Below, piece by piece: positions 18,415 through 27,510 of a DNA stretch of 64,000 nucleotides; position 1 is the stretch's first letter, and every line of letters begins with the position of its first letter. The stretch lies in contig OZ247427.1 in assembly GCA_965232815.1 (NCBI GenBank), positions 403,684 through 467,683 on the forward strand. The letters run 5' to 3'. Origin of the DNA: Dehalococcoidia bacterium. Lineage in GTDB: Bacteria > Chloroflexota > Dehalococcoidia > Lucifugimonadales > UBA3495. A model generated the notes under the pieces. It worked only from the letters and a program-made list of their open reading frames with translations. It was not told the origin of the DNA and made no database searches. The position numbers were made by a program, and so were the translations under genes.

Positions 18415-19437
18415 TCAGGCCACCACCGCGCCCAGTTCCCCTCGCTCCGCTCCGTCCGAAATCGGGGGCCACTGCACAAAAGCCTCGCCTATCCTGTCGG
18501 CCGACAGATTTCGCGCCCGTTCCGCGTCCAGCTTCAGCACGGTATTCGGCGGAATGTGCCCTGAGAACAGTCCCGGATGCGTCAACTCCGCCAGCAACTC
18601 CAGCCCATCGACCACCCTTGGCCCCGGCCTACTCAGCGTGCTGTGGTCCACCAGGTACACCTCCCCCGACTGCACCGCCGGCAATTCGTCCCACCCCGGC
18701 TGACTCGCCAACCACGGAATCTCCCGAACGCTCCGAGCCAGGTCCGACGAGCACAGGTCGATGTACAACTTCTCGGGGGCCGCCGACACCACCTCGCTCC
18801 ATTCGATCCGCTCCGCCGCGCATCCCGCCTCGAACCGCTCCGGCAGCGCGCCGCCCGCCCGCCACACCAGGTCGGTGACCCAGTGCCCGCCGATCACCAG
18901 CGGGTTGACTCCCTCCAGCGAGAATACCGCCGGCCGGTAATCCGCCCGACTCACCTTCTCCTCAACCAATCCGATGCGCGCTCGCAAACTCGCCACCAGT
19001 CCGGCCGCCGCATCCGACACACCGCACGCGTCCCCGATCTCGGCGAAACTACCCAATATCTCGTCCAACGTCCGCGGGTTCAGGTTCAGCACCGTCGGCA
19101 GGAGCGCCATCGGTTCCACCGCCGCACGCACGGTGCCGGCATCAACCTCGCAGAAGTAGCAGAGGTCCTGCGTCAACACCAGGTCCGGCGCGGCCTGCCT
19201 CAACCAGTCCACATCCAGGTCGTACGGGCTTTCGCCGGACGACAGGATGCGGCTCATCTCCGCCTCAACCTCTTCGCTCGACATCACCGACGGGTCGATC
19301 CTGCTCCGGCAAACTACCCGGATGTCCGCAACCTCGGGAGGATAATCGCAAAGATCCGTAACCCCTATGATCTGCTCGCCCATCCCCAGGGCAAACAATA
19401 TCTCGGTGCCGCTGGGAAGTAATGAGCATATCTGCAC
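18415..19437 (-). CDS. BtuF/FhuD-type (class III) periplasmic-binding-protein-fold protein without an obvious signal peptide
   Basis: 'ICSLLPSGTEILFALGMGEQIIGVTDLCDYP' and 'PDLVLTQDLC' are typical of cobalamin/siderophore-binding proteins. The GTG at codon 19 with a 'aaggggg' RBS is preferred over the track start at 19491. Confidence 0.72.
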   Translation of the reverse strand: MQICSLLPSGTEILFALGMGEQIIGVTDLCDYPPEVADIRVVCRSRIDPSVMSSEEVEAEMSRILSSGESPYDLDVDWLRQAAPDLVLTQDLCYFCEVDAGTVRAAVEPMALLPTVLNLNPRTLDEILGSFAEIGDACGVSDAAAGLVASLRARIGLVEEKVSRADYRPAVFSLEGVNPLVIGGHWVTDLVWRAGGALPERFEAGCAAERIEWSEVVSAAPEKLYIDLCSSDLARSVREIPWLASQPGWDELPAVQSGEVYLVDHSTLSRPGPRVVDGLELLAELTHPGLFSGHIPPNTVLKLDAERARNLSADRIGEAFVQWPPISDGAERGELGAVVA

Positions 19438-19537
19438 GGCGCGGCCCCCTTTGCAAATGGTCCTGCGTAGTCGGCACGCGGATTGTAGCATATACTCTGC
19501 GGCAGACCGCCTCCGCGTTCAGTTCATAACGGCCACC

Positions 19538-20863
19538 ATGAACGCCACCACCACAGTCCAGCCGCCCATGCTGGCGGAGCGCACCTGGAGCAAACGCGCC
19601 CTGGTGTCGCTGAACTTTTACAGCTTCGGCCTCGCGGGTTTCATACTGGCGATGGACACTGCGGTGCTGCCCATACTGGTGCTGGAAGTCGCGCCCCACG
19701 CCGCCAAAAACACGTTGCTCGGCGTCGTCGGGTTGGCCGGCCTTCTGGCCACCGCGTCAGTGCAGGTGCCCGTCGGATGGGCCAGCGACCGCACCCGATC
19801 CCGCTTGGGCCGCCGGCTCCCCTACATGCTGTGGACCTGCCTGTGCATCCCGGTCGGCCTCGCCGGCCTGGCCATGCCGCTGAACTACGTCAGCCTACTC
19901 GTCATCTGGATGTTCATACAGATCAATTCGGGCATCGGTTATTCGCCATATCTCGCCAGCATCCGCGAACTGGTCCCGAACAACCGCATGGGCGTTGCCG
20001 CCTCCGTCAAAACGCTACTCGAAGCCCTGGGCGGCGCCGGCGTCCTGTGCCTCGCGGCCTTGATGATCAGCAACTACTCCAGGCCCGACGGCGTGTACTG
20101 GCTCTGGGCCACCCTCGCCCTGTGCGCGGCTGTCCTGCTCTGTACCGCCGGCGCCAGTTCGATCACCATCTTTGGCCGCATGCGCCAATCCGGCGGGGCC
20201 GCCGCCGTGGCCTTCCAGCGCGCCGCCATGGCGTTCCCGGAGTCCACCAGCCTGGCGCGCCTCCATCCCGACCTCGGCTGGTTCGTGGTGTCCCGCGGCG
20301 CATTCATGGCGGCTGTCGTCATCTTTACTACCTACGGCCTCTTTTTCCTGAGGGACAAGGTCCAGGTCGGAAATCCCGCCGAGGCTCTCGGCCTTGCCAT
20401 CATCGGCATCGGCGGCGCTCTCGTGCTCACCACCTACCCCGCCGGATGGATGTCCGATCGCATCGGCCGCAAGCCGGTGCTCGCGGCCGGCACGGTCCTC
20501 GCGGTGGCCGCCACCCTGGTCATGATGTGGGTAAATTCTTATTTTGCCGCCGTCGTCGTCGCTAGCGTGATCGGCGGTGCGGTCGGTATGATCCTCACCA
20601 GCCACTGGGCCATGGCCAACGATCTCGGAACCGATGGCCGCGAGGCCCAGCACATGGGTATCGTCAACTTGGGCACTCTCATCGGCGCCGCGGGCGCCAA
20701 GGCCATCGGCCCCCTGCCGGATCTGGTCACCGTGTGGTTCGGACCCGGCTACGGTTATACTGCGCTGCTCGGTGCCAGCGCGTTGCTGTTCATCATCGGC
20801 GGCGCGCTGCTGCTCAAGGTCCGCCTCAATCACCCCGCGCACATCGAGCAACCCGCCTACTAG
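19538..20863 (+). CDS. MFS transporter
   Basis: About 12 hydrophobic segments and a 'GWASDRTRSRLGRRLP' motif-A-like loop. The internal ATG avoids overlap with the divergent gene. Confidence 0.85.
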   Translation: MNATTTVQPPMLAERTWSKRALVSLNFYSFGLAGFILAMDTAVLPILVLEVAPHAAKNTLLGVVGLAGLLATASVQVPVGWASDRTRSRLGRRLPYMLWTCLCIPVGLAGLAMPLNYVSLLVIWMFIQINSGIGYSPYLASIRELVPNNRMGVAASVKTLLEALGGAGVLCLAALMISNYSRPDGVYWLWATLALCAAVLLCTAGASSITIFGRMRQSGGAAAVAFQRAAMAFPESTSLARLHPDLGWFVVSRGAFMAAVVIFTTYGLFFLRDKVQVGNPAEALGLAIIGIGGALVLTTYPAGWMSDRIGRKPVLAAGTVLAVAATLVMMWVNSYFAAVVVASVIGGAVGMILTSHWAMANDLGTDGREAQHMGIVNLGTLIGAAGAKAIGPLPDLVTVWFGPGYGYTALLGASALLFIIGGALLLKVRLNHPAHIEQPAY

Positions 20864-20866
20864 CTC

Positions 20867-23443
20867 ATGCCATCCGGCCCTAAAAAACGCCCTGCTCCCT
20901 TCCGCCCTTGGCCGTGGCTGACGGTATTGGCCGTACTCGTCCTGGCTGCCGTCGCCCTGGCTGCTTCGGCCGTCTCCGAAAACTCAGCGGCGGCCTCAAT
21001 CGTGGGCCAATCCCAGCCGGCCGACTGCGCCACCCTCGTCATCGACCAGGATGAAAACTACACCGCCGGCGCTTCAATCGATCTCGAGCTGTCCTTTACC
21101 GACGCCAATGGCGGCCGCAACTGCAGCCCCGGCATGCCAACCGACGAAATCACCATCGAACTGCCCGAGGAGCTGAACGTACCCTCCGGCTATGACGAAG
21201 ACGACATCGTCCTCCGCGCCGGCTCGCGCTACCAGCCCAACTGGGCGGATTTTGACTCCGGAGACGACGGCCCTCACCAAATCACGCTACCCGGTTGCCA
21301 TGAATGGCAACTCTACGGTGCTCGCGTCAATTGCGATGAGGTCAACCTGGCCGCTGTCCGCATCACGCTGAACGACCTCCGCCTGCCCGACAATCCACCG
21401 CCGGAGGATGAAACCTACGACGTTTCCGTCCAGTGGGATAGCGGCGCAAAACTGACCTTCTCCCTCCGCGTCGATCCCACCCTCGTGGTTGACGCCGATG
21501 ATGATGAGACCGTCAACTATGGCGAAACCGTCACCTTTACCGGCATCGGCTTTACCAGGGGTGTCACGGCTAATCTGTTCGCCAACCGGCAGGGCGGGTC
21601 CAGCGTTTGCGATTCCTCCACCGTCAGCGACTGGCGGGAGATTGCAACGGCGAGCGTCGGGTCCGACTACCGGTTTACTTCAGAGGTTTTCATTGATACC
21701 GGCAATTTCCGCAATGCCGGCAAGTACCAAATCTGCGCCTTGGACGGCGCTGGCCGCCGCCTCACCGGCTCCATCAGCATCACCATCGCCACCGGACTCA
21801 TCATCTCCGACGACGATGCTGTCACCCCCGGCGAAGAAGTCAGGCTTCGCATCGTCGGCGGCAATCCGGGCATCCGCGAAGTTTACGTTGCCGGGCGCCC
21901 CGCCGACTGGCGCACCTCATCCGATAATCTGTACGTCACTCTGCCGCCCTCACAAACCGGAACCGTAACCATCCACGCCGAGTTCAGTGATGGGCGCAGC
22001 GCCAAAGCGCGCGTGACCATCTCCGATGCCGAACTTACGGTCAGGAGTGTGGGAGATGGCGTGGGCTTGGGCCAAACTTTGCTGGTATCCGCCCAGCAAT
22101 TGGCCGGCTCCGAGGTCTGCCGCGCCCGTCTTGACGGCATTCCCGTTGCCCTGCTTGATGACTCCCGCAACCGCGCCGATTGTGTCCCCATCCGCAGCGA
22201 AGGCCGCTTCGACGCCACCATTCTGTTGGCGGACCCCGACGGCGAAATTTCCAGCGAACTTATCAGCGAGGTAATCTCCCTCGAGCACGGCGACAATCTT
22301 CAACTGGAAATCACCGACGATGAAGGCGTCAAAGCCACTGCCGACGTCCGCATCGCAGTCCCTCGCATCACATTCCAGCCTGACCGCGGCGTCATCAATC
22401 GGGGCGAATCCCTCCAGTTACGTGGCGAAAATTTCCCTCCGGACCGCCCCGACTACTATGACCCGCCCAAGGTTGAAATCCACATCAACGGCCGCCGCGC
22501 CGGCACCGTCTATCCCTCCTCAGATGGCCGTTGGCAGTATGAATACGACCGTACCGACCAACTCGACCCCGGTCAGCGCATTCGCCTGGAGGTCTATCTC
22601 GACGACTACCGCCTCCGGGAACTCACCGCCGACCTCGATATTAGGGCCGCCTCCGTGGGCGTGGCGGTTACCCCCTCGGTCGTGCGTATCAACACCCCAA
22701 TCACCGTAACCGTGACCGGCCTGGACCCCTATATCGGCGGCTACGGCGTCCGCATCCGCAATGGCCCCTTCTTCACTTTCAACGGCGCAAATACCTTCAA
22801 TTCCGACCGCGACGGCGCTTTCACCGCGCGTGCCACCTTCCCGGATTTCGAACCCTACTCCTTCAGCGGCGGCGAAGCTATCGTGTCCCTGGACTTGTAC
22901 CGGGGATCCACCCTCATACCGGGCATTTACTCCACCGTAACCATGCTGCCCGGGCTGCAACCAACTTCCACGCCCGTGCCAACCCAAACGCCGCTGCCCA
23001 CTCCAACACCCACGTTCACCCCCGTTCCCACGGCTACACTCACTCCTACCCCTACTCCGGTCCCTACTCCCACGCCAACGCCCAGTCCCACGCCTACTCG
23101 AACCCCAACGCCCACACCCACTCCGGTTCCCACCGACACGCCCATACCGCCGCCAACCATCGACCGGGAAGCCATCGTGAGCGCCGTCATGGCCGCCATC
23201 GCCACCCCTACTCCCGACCCTGCCACTGGCGGCTCCGTTGACCGGCCTGGCGGTTTCATTGATGCCAACCCCACGCTGTTGTTGATCCTGCTGATCGCCG
23301 TAGGCGTCATTGCGTTGGCCGCCGTCATCGCTGCCGTCCTCCTGCTGCTGGCCCTCCGTCGAGCCACCCAACAACAAGAGCCGGAAGCCCCGGAAGCCGA
23401 GGAAGAAGACCCTGATAACACGGCCGCCGAATCATCCGATTAG
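20867..23443 (+). CDS. Large cell-surface protein: N-terminal signal/anchor, repeated beta-rich modules, PT-rich stalk, C-terminal TM segment and acidic tail
   Basis: 858 aa. 'WPWLTVLAVLVLAAVALAASA' at the N-terminus. About 60 aa of 'PTPTPVPTPTPTPSPTP'. 'LLLILLIAVGVIALAAVIAAVLLLLALRR' followed by an 'EPEAPEAEEEDPD' tail. Confidence 0.7.
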   Translation: MPSGPKKRPAPFRPWPWLTVLAVLVLAAVALAASAVSENSAAASIVGQSQPADCATLVIDQDENYTAGASIDLELSFTDANGGRNCSPGMPTDEITIELPEELNVPSGYDEDDIVLRAGSRYQPNWADFDSGDDGPHQITLPGCHEWQLYGARVNCDEVNLAAVRITLNDLRLPDNPPPEDETYDVSVQWDSGAKLTFSLRVDPTLVVDADDDETVNYGETVTFTGIGFTRGVTANLFANRQGGSSVCDSSTVSDWREIATASVGSDYRFTSEVFIDTGNFRNAGKYQICALDGAGRRLTGSISITIATGLIISDDDAVTPGEEVRLRIVGGNPGIREVYVAGRPADWRTSSDNLYVTLPPSQTGTVTIHAEFSDGRSAKARVTISDAELTVRSVGDGVGLGQTLLVSAQQLAGSEVCRARLDGIPVALLDDSRNRADCVPIRSEGRFDATILLADPDGEISSELISEVISLEHGDNLQLEITDDEGVKATADVRIAVPRITFQPDRGVINRGESLQLRGENFPPDRPDYYDPPKVEIHINGRRAGTVYPSSDGRWQYEYDRTDQLDPGQRIRLEVYLDDYRLRELTADLDIRAASVGVAVTPSVVRINTPITVTVTGLDPYIGGYGVRIRNGPFFTFNGANTFNSDRDGAFTARATFPDFEPYSFSGGEAIVSLDLYRGSTLIPGIYSTVTMLPGLQPTSTPVPTQTPLPTPTPTFTPVPTATLTPTPTPVPTPTPTPSPTPTRTPTPTPTPVPTDTPIPPPTIDREAIVSAVMAAIATPTPDPATGGSVDRPGGFIDANPTLLLILLIAVGVIALAAVIAAVLLLLALRRATQQQEPEAPEAEEEDPDNTAAESSD

Positions 23444-23444
23444 G

Positions 23445-24707
23445 CTATACGCGCCCGTTCCGGTAGGTTTCCCGCACGAAGATCATCAGGCCCACCGCCG
23501 CCGCCGCCAGTATCGCCGCGTCGATCCAGAGCGCCCACGCGAACCCGGCAAAGTCTGCGATGGCTCCCAGTGCCAACGCCCCGACGATGGTGCCGACTCC
23601 CCCGAAAGTGCGCAGCAAACCGATGGTAACGCCCTCCATCCCGGGTGGGGCGATATCCGCAAAGAAGACCGTCCCGGCCGGGCTCCCCAACCCTTCGCCC
23701 ATACCCAGCAGCACGCCCGACAGCAGCAGCTGCCACAGATTGTCTGCCCATATGAAAGTCCCGATGCCCAGGCACATCAGCACAATCGCCGGGATTATCG
23801 GAGTCTTCCGCCCGAACCGGTCCGACACATAACCCGACATCAGCGTCGTGAAAAACTGTGGGAAGTGCGTGATGCTGATCCACAGTCCCAGGGCGTCCGG
23901 CTCAAACCCCTTCTCACCCCCGAACAGCGGCATCACGCTGAACCGCGCTCCCTGCCGGTTCGCCACGATCATCAGCGCAAACAGCCCCACGAAAATAAAC
24001 GCCGGGCTCAGCATGAGCCGCCACATTGCTCCCCGTTGCCTCTCCGGCGCGGGCCCGGTTTCCCCAGCCCGCGACGCCTGCGCCGGCCTGCGGCGAGCCG
24101 GCCGCTGCGCCTCTTCCTCTCGCCAGCGGGATTCCGGCAACGCAAAACCGATCACCCCTAGCGATGCGCCCATCAAAACCGCCTGCACGTACAGCGGCAT
24201 CCGTAGCCCGAATATGTCGGCCAGGTACCCGCCCAGCAGCGGCCCAATCGTCTGGCCGGCCAGGATACTCAGTTCCTGCAGACTGAGCAGTCTCCCCCGC
24301 ATCTCCGGCGTAGCCTCATCCCGCAGGTAGATCGTGGCCACGGTCAGGAATATACTGCCGCCGAACCCCGAAACGAATCGCCAACCCGTGAGCCAGGCGT
24401 AACTGAATGAGACAGACACCATCGCAGCGCCGAGCAGGTTGATCGCTGCCCCTAAACCCAGCACGCTTTTGCGCCCATATCGCTGGGCCAGGTATCCCGC
24501 CGGAACGCTGGTCACCAGCCGCCCGAACCCGAATAGCCCGATGGTGATCCCGATGGCCGCGGCGCTCACGCCGTATTCCCGCTCCATGAACAGCGGCAGC
24601 ACCGGCGAAATCGCCCCCATGCCGGCGCTGTTCAACGCCACCACCACGCACAGAACCGATACGCCCCGATATCGATTGGTCAGCGCTTCCCGCACTCCTC
24701 CCGTCAC
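23445..24707 (-). CDS. MFS transporter
   Basis: 420 aa, 12 TM-like segments, 'GYLAQRYGRKSVL' motif A. The GTG start overlaps the upstream stop (GTGA). Confidence 0.85.
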   Translation of the reverse strand: MTGGVREALTNRYRGVSVLCVVVALNSAGMGAISPVLPLFMEREYGVSAAAIGITIGLFGFGRLVTSVPAGYLAQRYGRKSVLGLGAAINLLGAAMVSVSFSYAWLTGWRFVSGFGGSIFLTVATIYLRDEATPEMRGRLLSLQELSILAGQTIGPLLGGYLADIFGLRMPLYVQAVLMGASLGVIGFALPESRWREEEAQRPARRRPAQASRAGETGPAPERQRGAMWRLMLSPAFIFVGLFALMIVANRQGARFSVMPLFGGEKGFEPDALGLWISITHFPQFFTTLMSGYVSDRFGRKTPIIPAIVLMCLGIGTFIWADNLWQLLLSGVLLGMGEGLGSPAGTVFFADIAPPGMEGVTIGLLRTFGGVGTIVGALALGAIADFAGFAWALWIDAAILAAAAVGLMIFVRETYRNGRV

Positions 24708-24952
24708 TGAGTGCGTCCGTCCGAGTTGGCCTCGTGTTCGCCATCGCCCGGTTCAGGCCTCACAATCTCCCGGATCCTGCGATCAATGCGAAACCGCGGG
24801 ATCATTATGTGATGGTCGCACGTCTGGCAGCGCAACCCGATGTCGCCGCCCACCCGGTTCACCAGCCAGTTGAACCCGCCGCACGGATGCGCCTTTTTCA
24901 GCCGGACTATATCCCCCGGCCTCAGGTCCGCTACCCTGGGCGGTCCCGTCAT
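24704..24952 (-). CDS. DUF951-family small protein
   Basis: 'GDIVRLKKAHPCGGFNWLV.RVGGDIGLRCQTC' is the DUF951 pattern. The ATG at 24952 overlaps the pyrF stop (ATGA). Confidence 0.75.
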   Translation of the reverse strand: MTGPPRVADLRPGDIVRLKKAHPCGGFNWLVNRVGGDIGLRCQTCDHHIMIPRFRIDRRIREIVRPEPGDGEHEANSDGRTQ

Positions 24953-25824
24953 TTCTCCGTCGGTCGCCATCCCAGGCCCATGCTGTTCAGCGTGTCGGTG
25001 ATGCCGTCCCGCAACTCGCTCGCAGCCGCTCGTGCCGCCTCCGCGTAATCCGTACCCGACGAGGCGTAGATTATCCCCCGTCCGGAGTTGATGATCGCCA
25101 TTCGACCATGCCGGTCCACGCCATTGCGCACGCTGGCCTCCAGGTCACCGCCCTGTGCTCCCACGCCCGGGATCAGGATCGGCTCATCGGGACACGCCTG
25201 CCGCACGTTGGCCAGTTGCTCGGGCACCGTCGCACCCACCACCAGGCCCAGATTCCCGCCCGCCGACAGACTCGCCAGGCTGCGCGCCAGCCTCATGTAC
25301 ACCTGCTCCCCGCCGTCAACCGCCAGGTCCTGCAAATCTCCGGCACCCGGATTCGACCCCCGGCACCACACGATGATCCCGCCGTTCCCCCGATCCAGCC
25401 ACGGCTCGATCGTGTCCATCCCGCCCCACGGATTCACCGTAACCGCATCAAAGCCCCACACTTCGAACATCGCCGTCGCATACGCCTCAACGGTGTTGCC
25501 GATGTCGCCGCGCTTCGCGTCTATGATAATCACAGCATCCGGCACGGCGTCCCGAATATGCGACACCGTCGCCTCCAGCGCCCGCAACCCGGGGATTCCC
25601 AACGCCTCGTAAAACGCGATATTCGGCTTGTACGCGCAGACCAAATCGGCCGTGGCATCCACGATCGCCCGGTTGAACTCCACCACGGCCCGCTCATCCT
25701 GAGCCCGTCGAAGGACCGACGCCGGCATCAACGCCGGATTCACGTCCAGCCCGACGCACACCAAACTCTGCGTAGCCTCGCTGGCCGCCAGCAATCTATC
25801 CGAAAAACTCGTCATATCAACCAA
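24949..25824 (-). CDS. pyrF: Orotidine-5'-phosphate decarboxylase (type 2)
   Basis: 'LVCVGLDVNP', 'AYKPNIAFYEALG' and 'IIIDAKRGDIGNT' are present. Confidence 0.9.
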   Translation of the reverse strand: MVDMTSFSDRLLAASEATQSLVCVGLDVNPALMPASVLRRAQDERAVVEFNRAIVDATADLVCAYKPNIAFYEALGIPGLRALEATVSHIRDAVPDAVIIIDAKRGDIGNTVEAYATAMFEVWGFDAVTVNPWGGMDTIEPWLDRGNGGIIVWCRGSNPGAGDLQDLAVDGGEQVYMRLARSLASLSAGGNLGLVVGATVPEQLANVRQACPDEPILIPGVGAQGGDLEASVRNGVDRHGRMAIINSGRGIIYASSGTDYAEAARAAASELRDGITDTLNSMGLGWRPTEK

Positions 25825-25861
25825 GAATCCAAGAGAGAGCGCCCCATCCCATCAATCACTG

Positions 25862-25888
25862 ATCCTGTCCATCCTGTGTATCCATGCA
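25862..25888. repeat. Family-B 27-nt element (three 9-nt ATCCNNNNN units)
   Basis: 'atcctgtcc atcctgtgt atccatgca'. Confidence 0.7.
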
Positions 25889-25895
25889 ACAGAAC

Positions 25896-26252
25896 TCACC
25901 CCAGCGGCTTCGCAAAGCTTATCTCGTGCCCATCCGGGTCCGTAATGTGGTAGTACCGCTCCCGCCACGGCGCATCCGCCGGCTCGCCGTCCGGCGAATA
26001 TCCGTGGTCCACCATCCGCCGGTGATGCGCATCCACGTCGTCCACGTACAGAATGCAGCGACCCCACCAACGCACCTCAGCATCCTCCACGAGAATCAGA
26101 TTCAGGTAACCATCCCCCACGCTCAACGACGTGAAAGACGCCTCCGGCCCGCCGTACAAAATCGGTATGCCCGCCCCATCGTGATAAAACGCCACCGCCT
26201 GCGCCATATCCCGCACCGCCAGCGTAATCGCGCTGATGCTCTGCACCGTCAT
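25896..26252 (-). CDS. VOC (glyoxalase/bleomycin-resistance) family protein
   Basis: 'ISAITLAVRDMAQAVAFY' and 'YHITDPDGHEISF' fit beta-alpha-beta-beta-beta modules. The start is taken at an internal Met clear of the repeat. Confidence 0.8.
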   Translation of the reverse strand: MTVQSISAITLAVRDMAQAVAFYHDGAGIPILYGGPEASFTSLSVGDGYLNLILVEDAEVRWWGRCILYVDDVDAHHRRMVDHGYSPDGEPADAPWRERYYHITDPDGHEISFAKPLG

Positions 26253-26301
26253 GCTCAACCCCAACCATCTACCTGACGCCAACATCATTCCTGACGCCCA
26301 C

Positions 26302-26347
26302 CGTCATTCCTGACACTGACGTCATTCCTGCGAAAGCAGGAATCCAG
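26302..26347. repeat. Family-A repeat (GNRA hairpin ATTCCYGC-GAAA-GCRGGAAT), 46-nt composite copy upstream of larE
   Basis: 'cgtcattcctgacactgacgtcattcctgcgaaagcaggaatccag'. A further partial 'catcattcctgacg' sits just upstream. Confidence 0.85.
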
Positions 26348-26407
26348 AAAATTCTTCCAACTGTATTGTAGTAGAATCAACCCATCCAACGTTTCACGAA
26401 CTCGACG

Positions 26408-27274
26408 TTGGCGGCAGCAATTATGACACAACCAAATTCCAATCACTCCAGTGCTCCCCCGGACTGCCTCCCTCGCCTCGAGTCCATCCTCCGCGACATG
26501 CAATCCGTCATCGTCGCCTGCTCCGGCGGCGTCGACAGCACCCTCCTGGCGGTGGCAGCCCAACGCGCGCTGGGTAGCCGCGCTTTGGCCGTCACCGCCG
26601 TCTCCCCCGCCCTCGCCGCCCGCGACCTCGCCGATGCCGAATCCATAGCGACCCAGTTCAACCTGAACCATCGCGTCATCCGCACCGACGAGTTGCAACG
26701 CGAGGGCTACGTCGCCAACTCACCCCAGCGCTGCTATTTCTGCAAGACCGAACTCTACGACCAACTCGGCGCTCTCGCCACCGCCGAGGGCTATGCGTGG
26801 ATCGCCAACGGCGCCAACACCGACGACCTCGGCGACTACCGCCCCGGCATGACCGCCGCCTCCGAACACAACATCCGCAGCCCCATGGTCGAAGCCCAGA
26901 TGGACAAGGCCCAGGTGCGCGAAGCCGCCCACTGGCTTGGCGTCCCCCTCTGGGACAAACCCGCCCAGCCCTGCCTCTCATCCCGAATCCCCTACGGCAC
27001 CCCCGTAACCGTCGAGTCCCTCCGCCGCATCGAAGCCGCCGAGGACATCCTGCGCGACCTCGGCCTCCGAGAAGTCCGCGCCCGCCACCACGACAAACTC
27101 TGCCGCATCGAGGTCGCCGCCGACCAGATGGAAATGGCCTTCTCCCACCGCGACGAAATCACAACCCAGCTAAAATCCCTCGGCTACCTCTGGGTCTCCC
27201 TCGACCTCAACCCCCTCCGCTCCGGCAGCCTCAACGACGTCCTCAAAACCAAATCAGCAAGCCACCCGGCGTAG
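26408..27274 (+). CDS. larE: ATP-dependent sacrificial sulfur transferase LarE (PP-loop ATPase)
   Basis: 'VACSGGVDSTLLA' (PP-loop) and 'PCLSSRIPYG' (LarE-type cysteine). The track start is TTG and the first ATG is at 26423. Confidence 0.85.
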   Translation: MAAAIMTQPNSNHSSAPPDCLPRLESILRDMQSVIVACSGGVDSTLLAVAAQRALGSRALAVTAVSPALAARDLADAESIATQFNLNHRVIRTDELQREGYVANSPQRCYFCKTELYDQLGALATAEGYAWIANGANTDDLGDYRPGMTAASEHNIRSPMVEAQMDKAQVREAAHWLGVPLWDKPAQPCLSSRIPYGTPVTVESLRRIEAAEDILRDLGLREVRARHHDKLCRIEVAADQMEMAFSHRDEITTQLKSLGYLWVSLDLNPLRSGSLNDVLKTKSASHPA

Positions 27275-27309
27275 GCGCAAGGCACACCCCACCCGTCCCT
27301 CTATCCTCA

Positions 27310-27355
27310 CGTCATTCCTGACACTGACGTCATTCCTGCGAAAGCAGGAATCCAA
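27310..27355. repeat. Family-A repeat, 46-nt composite copy downstream of larE
   Basis: Identical to 26302..26347 in 45 of 46 positions, in the same orientation. Confidence 0.85.
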
Positions 27356-27468
27356 AGAATCCTCGCAACAGCAGCCAGGAGGCACCCGCCGCAGGTCGCA
27401 ATAACATCGGCCGTTTTAACCAAACCACCCATCCGCCTCGCAACCATCAATATCAAGACCCAACCGCA

Positions 27469-27495
27469 ATCCCGTCCATCCTGCCCATCGATGTC
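27469..27495. repeat. Family-B 27-nt element
   Basis: 'atcccgtcc atcctgccc atcgatgtc', ending 16 nt before the larC ATG. Confidence 0.65.
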
Positions 27496-27510
27496 AATAA
27501 ACGGGCCCCC

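Noticed and set aside
23200-23443. PGF-CTERM / sortase-type sorting signal at the C-terminus of the 858-aa surface protein ('RPGGF' + TM + 'RR')
   Set aside because: The motif is PGGF rather than PGF. The TM helix is followed by a roughly 30-residue acidic tail, which is atypical for cleaved C-terminal sorting signals.
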